A DNA stretch of 63,039 nt, the filler included, from Octopus bimaculoides (lineage: Eukaryota): the NCBI RefSeq assembly GCF_001194135.2. It is 5 parts of 5 records of this genome, joined end to end, with 100 filler letters (N's around TTAATTAATTAA, not from the genome) between each part and the next. Parts side by side here need not be neighbours in the genome. Positions count along the whole stretch, not along the records: positions 19,085 to 31,309 come from NC_068982.1; positions 31,410 to 56,617 come from NC_068981.1; 3 more parts are not named here. The stretch is one strand, 5' to 3'. Position 1 is the stretch's first letter. The number at the start of each line of letters is the position of its first letter. The notes under the pieces were generated by a model. The model was given only the letters and a program-made list of their open reading frames with translations. It had not been told where the DNA came from and did not search any database. A program made the translations under genes and the position numbers. This document shows, piece by piece, positions 23,331 through 37,699 of the stretch.

Positions 23331-26101
23331 AACCTAAATCAGAAACCATATTTCTTTTCAGAGACATATATAGCATAGCACTTATTTGCATCCTTTGTAA
23401 CTCAAGTGGGTGACAGGGAAAGCCCCCTGCTTGGATAGGGCGTAAGATGGATCGAGTATCAACTGCAGAGTGACACAACACTACAGTTTGATTGCCTGTC
23501 TGACAATGTCATTGTACCACTACACTGTATTTCATTGTTCATGAGAGTATGTGACAGAATAGAAAATAGTGTTAAACATTGATATAATGAACAAGAAGGA
23601 GGATTGAAAGTATTTGAACCACTAAAGAAGGAGAATATTTTAAAATTGAATTTTATAAATTTAATTTTTTTAAATTAAATATTTTAAAATTGAATTTTTT
23701 TTCCTTTTACGATTTGTAAGGCAGCGAGTGGTTAAAAACAGTAGAGCGACAGCGTATTTAGTTATGTCCGTTTATGTTCTGAGTTCGAATCCCCCAGTGG
23801 TCGACTTTTACCCTTCTCTTCTCGGAAGTCAATAAAATATGCACCAGCAGATCCCTGGGGTCGGTTCAATACGTTGCTTCGGCTTCCAGTGATCATTCAT
23901 TTGGTTTCACATCCAAAAAAGATCTTATATTTTTGCCTAATGCCCGTGTTAGAACACATATTTTCCTCCATATATGATCATTTTCAACGTTTTACATCAA
24001 GTTATTGATGTAAAACATTCATATACAAATACAGATTTAGCTTGTGCAAACAGCTTTAAATATTTCAATTAATCTGTAGCCTGGTTTAATACCTCACCTC
24101 ATGGCGTTTCGTATTTTTTGCAGATTCCAACCAGTTGTAAGCATCTCTCGTTTCAGGATAATTACTTCCCTTTCTTCCAACATTCATGGATATACAAATG
24201 ACAAAATGGGCAAGGCTGAAACACCTTTCATAATAAGCGTATTGGATTGGGACTGACTTAGGGTCTAAAGAAACAATCAGTGCAATACCGATTTCTATTG
24301 TAGATACAAGACTATGCATTTAATGGGAGAGAAATCAATTAAATCGACATCAGTATGTGACGGGTATTTTACTTTATCGATGATCGACCCCCGAACAATG
24401 AAAGGCGAAGTTGATATAGATGATATTTGAACTCAGAGCATAAAGGGTTATAATTAAGCACCGTTATACGTTTGATTCGACAGTGTAAATTCTGCTAATT
24501 AAATGTCCAAGATGTAAGATATTACAATTTCTATAACTAGTACAAGGAAACACATTTACAGCTGCTTAGGTAAACCCAAAGTACATTTCTGTAACTTTTA
24601 AGAAATATTATAAATGACCTATTATGCAAAGCAGAATGGTGTGTGTAAATTCACGTAAAAATCTGCTCACTTGAACTTAAGATAAGTATAAAAGTAAGAA
24701 TCTTCTTGAATTTAAGTCCAAGACAATAACCATAAAAGAAGTATTTGCATTCGCTATACCTTAAATGTCGGTTATGAGAAAACAAAACACATAACGGTAA
24801 AAATTAGCAAAATAAACAGAAGTGAACAATAGCAAATAAGAAAGAAGATAGCATATAGAAGGAAAAAATAACTAAAAATGTCACCAAAGGGTGTGATTAA
24901 TCAAGAGATGAAGTGAGATTTCTTATCGATTACAATTCGTTGATGAGAACTTTTGTGAACACCTGCCATTTGACTGGCGGACTCTTATTCTTCATTTTCC
25001 TTTACACTGGCAACATTCTTTCCTATCGCCGACTTTTCCAACTCACTTCAACTGATAACAGTCTTAATCAAAGCTTACAATGCCGTCAAGCTATATAAAA
25101 CGAAACAATTTTAATATATCCTACATCTCTATGCCATTCATCTGTGGCATTATCACTTAGACTCCATACCAGAACTGTTCCCACCACTCATACCTCCACT
25201 CACTGTTTATCATTTCATGATTATTTAGTTACAATATGCCTCGCAAAAAGTAAATAAAATAAAATAAAGCAGGTTCTTTTTTTTCTTTTTGCTTTCCTCT
25301 TCCTCCTCGTATTTTTCTTCTCACTGTAATTTGAAAATTTGTTATTCTTTTCTTTTTTTTTCTGTTTTTGAATAGTAAAAATCTTTAGATTACCGAAATG
25401 TATTTAAATGAACATTGTAACTAAAGTGTTTTCTAACAACAATAGCAACAACAACAACAACAGAATCTCATTCATAAAGGATCTCTTTATTTAATGAAAG
25501 GTTGAACTAATTTTATTATCCTTCACCCTTCTTTCCATTTATTTCGGTTTTTGTGACAGTTGCATCCGCCGCCAGTAAACTAGTCTTCGATTAGATTAGG
25601 TGAACTGCGTCAGTATCCATTATTTATATCGACTCACTTATTCATTTACTAATATTATGTTGGACAGTAGGGTATTGGAAAGACAGAAGCGACCGCGTGC
25701 CAGTCATCATGCTTTGTTCTACTTAGTCGTATTCCCTTTTACATTCTGAGTTCAAATCCTACCGAAGTTAACTTCCTCTTTCACCCCTTGCAATCAATGA
25801 ATATAATGAGTAATCTTCGAAGCTCCACTATACAGTCTTGGTCGAAATATGTGATCTGGTGCTAAATATGGAAATTGATATTCTGCTGAAAATATCAGTT
25901 ACATTAGCAGTACTCTGATCTTGTTGTTTCTAAATAAAAATACAGAAAAGTTAACGGTAATGACTTTAACAGTCTAACCAAAGACTAGAAATAATTGATA
26001 ACATGTCTTCTAAAATGAACATCTGCGAATATTTCAATAATAAATGCTATTTGTATTACAAATTATCCCAAAAGAATATCTTCAGAATATTTTCTATTCA
26101 T

Positions 26102-26455
26102 AGGCGCGGACGTAGCTGTGTGGCAAGAAGTTTGCTTCCCAGCCACCTAGTTCCAGGTTCAGCCTCACTGTATACACTCTAGGCAAGCGTCTTCTGCTAT
26201 AGCCTCGGGTCGATCAAAGCTTTGTAAGTGGATTTGGTAGACGTGTGTGTGTGTTTGTCTTCCACCACCGCTTGACAACTGGTGTTGTTTTTTTTACGTC
26301 CCTGTAAACATAGCAGTTCGGCAAAAGAGACCGATAGAATAAGTACTAAGCCCAAAAAATGAATGGGGTCGATTCATTCGACTAAAATCCTTCAAGGCGG
26401 TGCATCAACATGGCTGCAGTCATGTTGATAAAAAAACAAGTAAATGATAAAAAAA
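26102..26455 (+). mobile_element. SINE family 1, near full length
   Basis: Head GTAGCTGTGTGGCAAGAAG, core and tail all present. Confidence 0.85.
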
Positions 26456-29149
26456 CATAACATTAGAATATTCTTAGCATTTAAGATGTATTAGTATGAT
26501 ATACGGAAGCTATTTAACTTATACGAATTTTGGCTACCCGTATAATACTAGCTCTTCCTCCTATCTGCTTTCCATTCTCTTTACCAATTAAAAAAAAAAT
26601 GAACGTTTATTACTTAAAATTTAATACGCGTGTGGTATGTGTGCGTAAAAGTATATATAAATATATACGCTGGTATGTGTGCATATATATATATATATAC
26701 ACACACTCGTATGTATGTATAAGATTGATTGCTTGTATCATTACAGCTTTCTATATTCTGAGTTGAAATCCCGCTCAAATCAATTTAACTTTCAATATCA
26801 ATGAATAAAATACCTTTCTAAGGTGGTTGACTTTGATTTGAAGCAGACTTGACCGCTTCTCTTAACCTTAAAATTATTCTGTTCCCTAGTCCAGAAAAAT
26901 TTCAACACAGTTTCACTCAAGGCCATCTCTACGCATTTCGCTTTAAAACACAAAACACTTGCTTTTCTCGATCTCATTTCCCAAAATTCTTGACATTTGG
27001 ATTTTATTTAAATTTCCTTATTTTTTATTTAATTATTTAAAAAAAATTTCCTCATGATTTTTAAAACTTAAATCTATTGCTTCCATATATTGTTAATTTA
27101 TATGTTTCTTTTATTCATCCAATTTTTCTATATCTTTTGTATCACATTTATCTTTATATATTAATTGTTGTATAATAGTCGTTCTTATTTAGCTCTGATT
27201 TTTTTGTTTTATTTTTTGTTATTTACCTAAATTTACTTCTCTCACCTGTGTGTTCCCCCATTAGGCATCCTCTAACGTTATTTCATTTGAAATTCTACTT
27301 CATGGAACTTTGCCTAGCACATGATTTAACCCTTCCTTCACTACTTTCTAATCCTCTCCCCATCTCTCTTCTCATCCTCATGCCCTTCCTTCCTTCCCTG
27401 CACTTCTTCCATCTTGTTACTCCATATCTTTATTTAACTTCCAACTTATTACATATTTACAACTTAACATTCTCTTATGATACGAGAAGCATTTGTAGGC
27501 AGGTGAGTATGTGAATATCTATGCGGATGTATGCATATATGCGTGTATGCAAATTTGCACACGAGTTTATATGTATATGTGAGTGTGTTTGTATAGAAGT
27601 GCCTGCCTCTCTTAATATATGTGCTTGTATATGTGTGCATCTTTATTTATGTTTACGTATGCATGCGTACATATTTATATGTATGTGTCCCAGTATTTGC
27701 CTATATCCGTGTTTGTGTCGGTATATACGTACATATGTTTGTGTCTGTATAGTTGCGTTTGTAATCTAATGACACCGGTTCGAGTTTCAGTAAATGCATT
27801 TTCTGTATTTCTTCTTACGTTTCTTCACTTTTTTCACAGTAAAAATTATCTTAATTTTAACTTCTGACATAAATCATCGTTAATTTTGATTAGATGATTG
27901 CTCATTACATTCAATATCACAATCTAGGAGTATATTAATTATAATCTGTAATATTTCACTTAACTTAATATTCACAACGGATAATGCATATTGTAATTTC
28001 TGTGATTTAAACTTCTCCATACGCCTCTAAGTTAAACCACAACCTACACTATTTTCATACCTCTAGACTACTGAAGAGAATCAAAATATTTTTTGATTAA
28101 TCTTAAACAGAAGGAGCTATAATTCTTCTACCAATGTTTTTTTTTTTTTCACCTCACTGTGTTGCTCAGCACGTCGGTCCGTTTATGTCCACCATTTTCT
28201 GTTTTTATTTTTAATTACATTGTTTTATGGTTTCTTTACATTATCGGACGAGAAGAGTTGACACTCAGTTCTTTATTTCTTGGAAGAAAACAAGTTGTGA
28301 GCGCTCTCCCATGTCTCAGAGCACACACGCATACACACACATGTGTATATACACAAACACGATTATGTTTTTATTTCGTAGCCCATTTTTTATTGGTCTG
28401 GAAGGGATAAAAAAGGCAAAATTGAACTTAGTGAGATTTGAGCTCAGAATGAAAAGAGGCTGAACACTTACTGCAAGACATTTGCTTGACCGCCTAATAA
28501 TACTGCCACAGTGGTTACCTTATTGATCGCAGAACACATTTATATATCTTGACAATTGTAACGAAGTTGACGAATCAACGCTAGCAGGGAATTGTAAAAA
28601 ATAAAAGCAAACAAGCCACGGGCAAGTTTGATCTTATGTAAGTTTTCTCTTTATAATTATATAAAGAAAAATAATTTTTGTTTTCTGCGCACACATAAAA
28701 GTTATTGTCTCATCAGGGTGCTTGGGTGCACTTATACATTTCAAACACCTTGAAAGATAAAAAACAAAATCAACTATAGTCTAAATAATATTTTAGTTGT
28801 TTATTGCACGAATGCGCGCTCTATGTTTTACAAACGAAGAACAGAGCCACTCCGTGGTCGCAACGAAATCTTACGCATATCACATCCCACCGTATTAAAA
28901 GAACACGTTCGACAATGTACTCTTCAATACACTATGCCAGAAAATATTATGGGATAATCGCCGTTCGAACATAACGTTGATTATAGGTTGAACGAGGCTG
29001 ACTGGTGACTAAACAAAAACAACTCTGTATATCATCACAACACATGAGCTCTGAAAAATTATTTTCAATTTTGATAATTGCCACCACGATTCATATTTTT
29101 ACTTTGCTTGTAATTTCAAAATAAAGGATGTAAAAAGAAAGGACACATA

Positions 29150-29345
29150 CATATATTCTAAAAAAAAAGCGTAAATATATTCCAAGACATACATAAATAT
29201 ATTGTAAAATAAACATAGATATACTCTGAAGAAGCGAAAATATATTTTAAGGCAGCATAAATATATTCTGAGAAGACATGATATAAGTATATCATAGTAT
29301 TTTTAAATGTATTTTAAAGAAGTTAGATATATTCTAAGGAAGGTG
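29150..29345 (+). repeat. Degenerate minisatellite, about 22-bp unit (AAATATATTCTGARGAAGACAT-like)
   Basis: ATATATT recurs at about 20-24 bp spacing. Confidence 0.65.
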
Positions 29346-30649
29346 AAATAAAAGTACCGCTGCGACAAGTTTTACGAGTGTGAAATGAAATAGCTACTAG
29401 TAGAAATTCGAACCACATGAAACTTAATTTGTATGAAGTTTCTACCTTCTTAAGCGTTCACCGAAAATCAAGTTAAACTTTATGTGAGAAAGAAGATGCC
29501 GGTGCTGATCAGAATTAGAAACAAGCATGGTTTTAATTCGATTCGGATATTGATCTTTAAGTTTACCATAATAGTATACTAATTGAGGAAGAGGCATATA
29601 AAAATTGAATTGATCTGTATACTTTAGTGTGGCGGGATTAAAGGCAACGAGGGAAAATTTTAACTCAGAAGTAGAATAACAAAATATTGCAGCATGTCTG
29701 AATAAAGAACGGGATGGCCATAACTGAAATGCTTGTGATCAAAGACCTGTTCTATCAGAGAAGACCTGGGGCTAAAAGATAGCAAAAATATCATAGAATA
29801 ATGGATAGTTCATAGAATTCGCGATCTTAAATAATTAACTGCCATTTAAAGTTATTGGCTTGTGGGTACGTAATTTATCTTATATAAATTATAGGTGATA
29901 TAGTTAATTCCACTCGGGAAAATCTCGGAAAACATGAATGACATTGGTTATTTCTTTTCATTTCTTATTGTAATTAAACGATGCGTATATAATACCAATT
30001 TTCATTCGAACATCAGTAAATACTTGATTTATTGCATTCAAATTAATTCAATTTTATGTTAGATATAAAATGGTCATGCTACCTTGTATGACATTCTTAA
30101 TAAACTCATCTGCAATAATTTATTTATTATCTGAAACAAAACAAAAAACATATCCCTCGGAAATAGAATTTACAAAAAAAAAAACATTCATAAGGATAAT
30201 AAATGATAAAATAAATAAATAACAAACGTTGACAAAGTTGAACATTTCACTAATCACGAAGATATATAGAGTTTTGCTAGCGTTGTTGTTTAATCCCAGG
30301 TCAGTACTGATCGAGCGCTATTCTCGAAGGGTTTCCCGCTTTGAGAACTGCTGCCTTTTATTTTTCGAACGTAATGTAACTAAGATTGCATTATCTAATA
30401 TGTACTGCCATTTTTAAGAAGGCATGGTGAGAATAGAAGGACATTTGGCAGCAATAACACGTGGGTTAAATGACCATGCAGGGCTTCCATCCTTCGCTCA
30501 GATTTATCTATATTTATTTTAGGGCACTGAAAGAATGGGAAACAAATCTTCTGCTATTTCAGACGTTAGTATATCGTTTATATTTTCCCTTTAAAAATCA
30601 GTCATCTTATAACTAGTAATGAAATTACCTAACAGAATTATTCAAACAA

Positions 30650-31172
30650 GGGGCGCTCCGTCGGTTACGACGACGAGCTTCCCAGCTGATACGATCGACA
30701 GACACGTGTGCCCTTAACGTAGTTCTCAGGGAGATTCAACGTGAAACAGAGTGTGACAAGTTTGGCCCTTTGAAATCCAGGTACTACTCATTTTTGCCAG
30801 CTGAGTGGACTGGAGCAACGTGAAATAAAGTGTCTTGCTCAAGNNNNNNNNNNTCATTAAGCCACGCGCCTTCACATGACTGGAGCACTTCGTCGTTTAC
30901 GACGACGAGGGTCCCAGCTGATGCGATCAACGGAACAGCTTGCTCGTGAAATTAACATGCAAGTGGCTGAACACTCTACAGATACGTGTACCCATAACGT
31001 AGTTCCCACGGAGATTCTGCGTGACACAGAGTGTGATAAGGTCGGCCCTTTGAAATCCAGGCACTACACATTTTTGCCAGCTGAGTGGACTGGAGCAACG
31101 TGTCACTGGGAATTGAAATCACGACCTTACGAATGTGAGCCGAATGCCCTAACCATTAAGCCACGCGCCTTC
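30650..31172 (-). mobile_element. tRNA-derived SINE family 3, two copies separated by a small gap
   Basis: Minus-strand head GTGAAGGCGCGTGGCTTAATGGTTAG, body GTTGCTCCAGTCCACTCAGCTGGCAAAAATG. The doubling could be an assembly redundancy. Confidence 0.75.
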
Positions 31173-31409
31173 ACACTCAGACAAAATGGGGACTAAATCC
31201 CAGTATCACCACAGCTTTAAAGCTGAAACAGTTTAAAGAATTTAAATAATTATGTAATTGATTATGGATATCCGTTGCTAAAACAAATTTTATTCATCGT
31301 ATACTACAGNNNNNNNNNNNNNNNNNNNNNNNNNNNNNNNNNNNNNNNNNNNNTTAATTAATTAANNNNNNNNNNNNNNNNNNNNNNNNNNNNNNNNNNN
31401 NNNNNNNNN

Positions 31410-31485
<76 letters not shown>

Positions 31486-31542
31486 GAGGAAGAAGAAGAA
31501 GAAGAAGAAGAAGAAGAAGAAGAAGAAGAAGAAGAAGAAGAA
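31410..31542 (+). repeat. Compound (TAA)n(GAA)n microsatellite
   Basis: Seen directly. Confidence 0.95.
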
Positions 31543-31564
31543 TATACTGACAGAGTCGGAGATT

Positions 31565-31765
31565 AGCAAAATTCACTGGGGTTTCCTAGTCCAAACAAAT
31601 CAGGTGTTAAAGCATACTAGGGAGACATAGTTCTGGTGGACCAGGTGCAGTACATATGCTAGATAGTTGATGTTGCACGCCCATTTGAACCACGAAGAGT
31701 CAAGAAGGAAGGCGAAAAGAAAGAATAGATAAAACCTTATTAAGTACGAAATAGCCCGGCTATGG
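31565..31765 (+). mobile_element. Decayed restriction-like endonuclease (RLE) domain of an R2/R4/NeSL-type non-LTR element
   Basis: With frameshifts: KIHWGFLVQTNQVLKHTR/DIVLVDQVQYIC*IVDVARPFEPRRVKKEGEKKE/KYEIARLW, matching the W.F..QT....H.RPDIV...D...P...K...K.Y..L pattern. Lies next to (TAA)n(GAA)n. Confidence 0.75.
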
Positions 31766-32100
31766 ATAATGAAGAAGGTGAAGATAGTGTGGTGGTGCAG
31801 CATGCCTGCAGTCAAATGATGAAAACAAGTAAAAGAATAAAAGAGTATGAGAATATCATAACAGCTGTCAGTGTGTTCGTTAAATATTCAATCTGTTATT
31901 CTGTCATTAGATGCAGAATTGAATGTCTCTGTGGCAGTAGGAAATTGCTTAACTGTTATTTTCATATCTTCGTGGCAAGTTAAGAAAATATTTGTTATAT
32001 AATGTTAGTTTTTCTGCAGAAATTCTTGCCATAACTGAGTTCAAGGACATGTAATAACATACTGGAGGATATTTTGGGGTTAAGTAAAATTTGGTCCGTA

Positions 32101-32143
32101 ATGAAGGATCTTATCATATTCATCGCAGTGGTATTTTTCATAG
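32101..32143 (+). CDS. Candidate signal-peptide exon of a second, unresolved gene (MKDLIIFIAVVFFI)
   Basis: TTTTTCTGCAG acceptor at 32019, ATG 32101, hydrophobic run, phase-1 AG|GTATCT donor. No downstream partner exon found. Confidence 0.2.
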
Positions 32144-32642
32144 GTATCTCTAGTATTCCGTTTATATGCAAACGAATGAGTTTGAAGGACTCAAACATTC
32201 TCTGTATTGCACTAAATTTCAACGCTGTGTAGTTTGAAGGCGACTTCATATCCCCTTAACAATAATACGACACCGGATATTTATCTATCAAAATGACAGG
32301 TAAAGCTCAGAGGCAGAAGACATTGATGTAGCAAACATTGTGCAAAACATTTATGTGGATAAAGCGTTGAATTTAGAAACAGAGCTGGTAGCATGCATTG
32401 TGGGTGGAAATCACTTTTGCTTACGTAAACACAATTACACACATTCAAACACAGACGCACAAACCCATATATTCATATATTTTATATTGCTTTATCGTAA
32501 AAAAATAATCATCTATCCAAATCTTGATTTGCACATTTTGAGGTGTTTTTTGACGTTTCACGACAAAAGATATAAAACAAGAATTTATTTTAGTTTCTTT
32601 GGTTTAAAAACTACAGTTGTGTCTTAATATTACTAACTATTA

Positions 32643-33165
32643 AGGCGGGGAGCTGGCAGAAACATTAGCACGCCGGACAAAATGCTTAGCGGTATTTCGT
32701 CTGTCTTTACGTTCTGAGTTCAAATTCCACCGTCGTCGACTTTGCCTTTCATTCTTTCGGAGTTGGTAAAGTAAGTACCAATTGCGCACTGGGTCGATCT
32801 AATCGACTGGACCCCCCCACCCCAAATTTCAGGCCTTGCGCCTGAAGTAGAAGAATAATTTGTTAAATTCAAATACCACCGAAGTCGACTTTGCCCTTAA
32901 GCCTTTCGGGGTCGACATATTAAGTACCAGTTGCGTACTGGGGTCGATCTAATTGACTGGCCCCTTCGCCCAAAATTTCTGGGCTTTGTGCCTAGAGTAG
33001 AAAACAGTACTACTAATAATGTCTTAAAGGCGGTGAGGAAGCAAAATCGTTAGCATGCCGGGTAAGATGCTTGCCGTCTTTCCTCATTTCGGAATCGCTA
33101 AAACAAGCACCACTTGAGCACTGGGTTCTAAGTAATCGAAATTGCTGGTCTTGTGCCAAACTATT
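32643..33165 (+). mobile_element. Cluster of three tandem or partial SINE family 2 copies
   Basis: Heads at 32643 and about 33027; the body is repeated at about 32870-33000. Confidence 0.8.
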
Positions 33166-33781
33166 AACTAATATTAGTGATTAATTATAGATGAGTTTTC
33201 TGGCTCGTACAAATGCGCGAAACGATTTTCTATATTTGCAACTTATGTTCATGGTTAATATTAAACTATATATTCATTGACTTTGCACAGAAGGGTGATG
33301 TACTGTTAATTTGTTTATTTTTGCAAACAATAGTAAAGACAATACCCTATTACTTTTACTGCCAACGAGAGAATATTCTGTAACGTAATATGGTCACCTA
33401 TAGTTACATTTAATTTCATCTATCACTATATTTCAAATGCACATTAATCTGATCCTGTATATTGTTTCAATATTATTGTTCCTCTCTAAATGTTTGTAAA
33501 CGAAAACTATCTAGTAACATTCGAAAATTGTTGATCATTTTGAAGAGTACTCTAATTTGATTTACGATTCATTTTAATGCTAAAGCAGATGTTTATACAA
33601 AAAAGAGTTCTACTATAAGAAATATTATATATGAATGCTCAACATCGTGGTAATTTCCGTTACTTTTCAATGTTGATCATATCTGCGAAGTTTTGAATTT
33701 GATTTATCGAAATCATAGTATAATGCATTCCACCTAAAGAAGAACCTCGCGGATCATAATCGGTGCTTGCTAGACATATGC

Positions 33782-33872
<91 letters not shown>

Positions 33873-35417
33873 ACAATGATTTAGCTTGCATCGGGCCTCG
33901 TTTGAGGATCCGGTATGAACAAGTCACATAAATGACGAAACATCGATGTGTGTTGCTCCTGAATGCGACTTGGGGCAATTTATCTTGATAGTCTATGACG
34001 TCCAGGTGTTTTAGATGAGAATGTATTCCCTTATGCTATATGCGCACCCTGCACACGAACTAGCAACACAGATAACTCGTGTGTTGAATACTGTATATAT
34101 CTAACTGACAAAGTCGAGCAATCNNNNNNNNNNNNNNNNNNNNNNNNNNNNNNNNNNNNNNNNNNNNNNNNNNNNNNNNNNNNNNNNNNNNNNNNNNNNN
34201 NNNNNNNNNNNNNNNNNNNNNNNCATCACACACATACGTTTGCTTACACACACACACACATACACACACACACTCACACACCAAAAGGATATTTAAGACA
34301 ACACACTCACTCAGACAGAGATACACACACATACTCCCACACTCACACAAAACACTCCCACGCACACACACATATGCACACATACATACACACACATACG
34401 CACACACACGTACACACCCTCACACATACATACGGTTGCTCTCACACACACACATCACAAGGACGATCAAAACTACACATACATACTCAGACAAAGAGAT
34501 ATACGCACNNNNNNNNNNNNNNNNNNNNNNNNNNNNNNNNNNNNNNNNNNNNNNNNNNNNNNNNNNNNNNNNNNNNNNNNNNNNNNNNNNNNNNNNNNNN
34601 NNNNNNNNNNNNNNNNNNNNNNNNNNNNNNNNNNNNNNNNNNNNNNNNNNNNNNNNNNNNNNNNNNNNNNNNNNNNNNNNNNNNNNNNNNNNNNNNNNNN
34701 NNNNNNNNNNNNNNNNNNNNNNNNNNNNNNNNNNNNNNNNNNNNNNNNNNNNNNNNNNNNNNNNNNNNNNNNNNNNNNNNNNNNNNNNNNNNNNNNNNNN
34801 NNNNNNNNNNNNNNNNNNNNNNNNNNNNNNNNNNNNNNNNNNNNNNNNNNNNNNNNNNNNNNNNNNNNNNNNNNNNNNNNNNNNNNNNNNNNNNNNNNNN
34901 NNNNNNNNNNNNNNNNNNNNNNNNNNNNNNNNNNNNNNNNNNNNNNNNNNNNNNNNNNNNNNNNNNNNNNNNNNNNNNNNNNNNNNNNNNNNNNNNNNNN
35001 NNNNNNNNNNNNNNNNNNNNNNNNNNNNNNNNNNNNNNNNNNNNNNNNNNNNNNNNNNNNNNNNNNNNNNNNNNNTTTTTAACATTTTCATCTTAATATC
35101 AGAGAATGTGTGATAATCAGTATGTAACAATACAAAGTTCATACAAAGCTTTATACTTTAAATATATTTTATCATCAAATAATGTATATATGCATTTTAA
35201 TACCCAAACTGTTTTTTAACATTTTTTATTATTCTCAAAGACTTTTGATAATCTTTTTCTAAAAAAGTGAAACCGGTTAAGTAAATAAATATTTTACAAA
35301 ATAAGTGCATTTTCAAACCTTCTTTCATGCTCCAACAGGGGGCGGTGGCGAAACGTGCGGTATTCTTTCACCACAACTTACTATCATCTTTATTCCTGTT
35401 TCTCTTGTACTTTTATT

Positions 35418-35590
35418 TCAAAGTACCAGACTTGTTACAATATGTGTTACGCTGAATCTCCCCGAGAACAACATTAACGGTACACGTGTCTGTGGAGTGC
35501 ACAGTCACTCACACGCTAATATTACGAGCAGGCTGTTCCGTTGATCGGTTCAACTGGAACCCTCGTCGAAACCGAAGGAATGCCACGACG
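35418..35590 (+). mobile_element. SINE family 3, 3' part
   Basis: Reverse complement of 30890-31060. Confidence 0.7.
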
Positions 35591-35879
35591 ATTCCTTCAT
35601 TAACATATTTTTAACAAAACTGTATAAAATAATTTAACTCGTTACAGTTTATATAGATTAGTTTCCTCTTTCGAATGATATAGGCTTTATATATATTTCT
35701 ACAATTCAAATAATTTTATTGCGCACTTAATTGAAACGCTTACAAATTATCGGCAAAATAAGTTTATGACCGTACCAACATTATGCAAATGAATAGATCA
35801 AATTGTTGGTCGTACTGCAATGTCTTGTTTAAAAATCGAGCATTATTACACATTAATTCGCTATATGAAAGCGTTGCAG

Positions 35880-36587
35880 TATCAGCCCAGTTACTAGGTG
35901 AAAGATCGTGTTCCTTCATCAGCAATATGTGTCCTTCATAAACATTAGTAAGCTATTAGCAGTGGATATTTCCAAACACTTATCTCATGAAACTGGCATG
36001 AGCTTCACACCACAAACCATCTGAAACCACCTAAATAATTTGGACTGCCGATCCGCTCGAAAGAAGCCGATAATTTCTGAGACGAACCGGTGCTAGCGGA
36101 TCAAGTTTGCTAAAAGTCATATTGATTGGAGGGCCGAAGTCTGGTCAAAAGTACTTTGCATCGACGAATCTCGCTTCTGCATTTTTGGAACAGAGTGATG
36201 GTCTTATGTTAGACACCGCCCAACTGAAGAATTCCATCCTAAGTGTGACAAGAAGACGGCGCAAGCGAGAGGTATGTGTGTGGAAGTAACGGCGTGGGCC
36301 ACCTTTAGCAGCTAAGGTTTAGGCCCAATTGTTAGGGCTGATAGCAGACTGAACAGTGTAGGCTATCTGCAACTAGTAAATGAAAATGTGCTGCCATATT
36401 TATATAATCAGATGCTGTCATATTTATATAATCTACCAAATCCACTCACCGGGATATATTTTCCCGCAGGACAATTGCCCCGTTCATAATGTTAGGAATG
36501 TTTTGCAATATTTTGAGCGCATTAGTATGGTAGTTACTGGGTGGCCCCCGCGGAGCCCGAATTTGTATCCGAATAGAGATTTTATGG
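35880..36587 (+). mobile_element. Tc1-family (DD34E-type) transposase pseudogene, truncated by an assembly gap
   Basis: From 36055: ARKKPIIS...RIKFAKSHIDW...WSKVLCIDESRF...GLGPIV...QDNCPVH...WPPRSPNL, with stops and a roughly 24-bp internal duplication near 36405. Confidence 0.88.
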
Positions 36588-37699
36588 NNNNNNNNNNNNN
36601 NNNNNNNNNNNNNNNNNNNNNNNNNNNNNNNNNNNNNNNNNNNNNNNNNNNNNNNNNNNNNNNNNNNNNNNNNNNNNNNNNNNNNNNNNNNNNNNNNNNN
36701 NNNNNNNNNNNNNNNNNNNNNNNNNNNNNNNNNNNNNNNNNNNNNNNNNNNNNNNNNNNNNNNNNNNNNNNNNNNNNNNNNNNNNNNNNNNNNNNNNNNN
36801 NNNNNNNNNNNNNNNNNNNNNNNNNNNNNNNNNNNNNNNNNNNNNNNNNNNNNNNNNNNNNNNNNNNNNNNNNNNNNNNNNNNNNNNNNNNNNNNNNNNN
36901 NNNNNNNNNNNNNNNNNNNNNNNNNNNNNNNNNNNNNNNNNNNNNNNNNNNNNNNNNNNNNNNNNNNNNNNNNNNNNNNNNNNNNNNNNNNNNNNNNNNN
37001 NNNNNNNNNNNNNNNNNNNNNNNNNNNNNNNNNNNNNNNNNNNNNNNNNNNNNNNNNNNNNNNNNNNNNNNNNNNNNNNNNNNNNNNNNNNNNNNNNNNN
37101 NNNNNNNNNNNNNNNNNNNNNNNNNNNNNNNNNNNNNNNNNNNNNNNNNNNNNNNNNNNNNNNNNNNNNNNNNNNNNNNNNNNNNNNNNNNNNNNNNNNN
37201 NNNNNNNNNNNNNNNNNNNNNNNNNNNNNNNNNNNNNNNNNNNNNNNNNNNNNNNNNNNNNNNNNNNNNNNNNNNNNNNNNNNNNNNNNNNNNNNNNNNN
37301 NNNNNNNNNNNNNNNNNNNNNNNNNNNNNNNNNNNNNNNNNNNNNNNNNNNNNNNNNNNNNNNNNNNNNNNNNNNNNNNNNNNNNNNNNNNNNNNNNNNN
37401 NNNNNNNNNNNNNNNNNNNNNNNNNNNNNNNNNNNNNNNNNNNNNNNNNNNNNNNNNNNNNNNNNNNNNNNNNNNNNNNNNNNNNNNNNNNNNNNNNNNN
37501 NNNNNNNNNNNNNNNTATATCACGTGTGCTGTTACTCTCAGATGTTCTTATCTCATGCATCATGATCCAGTGTTGCAGCAACCTCGGACTCATAGATAAC
37601 AGATTCTATCACACTTCGCTGGTCAAGCTGACCGGATCCCGGGTCTCGACAGACACAACCAGACCCATGTTTCCGGAACCGACCCCGAGCAACGACACA

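Noticed and set aside
24098-24264. Minus-strand segment with a good acceptor and GTGAGG donor and an open phase-1 frame
   Set aside because: No recognisable domain and no partner exons; cannot be supported without RNA data.
31995-32249. 84-aa minus-strand ORF
   Set aside because: No motif, no convincing donor, and it overlaps the alternative + strand candidate.
33925-34012. Cys-containing reading frame MCVAPECDLGQF...
   Set aside because: Stops at TAG near 34012 and has no splice signals.
35305-35544. ORF with a GPI/TM-like stretch (GGGGETCGILSPQLTIIFIPVSLVLLF)
   Set aside because: The second half is SINE family 3 sequence and no supporting exon chain was found.
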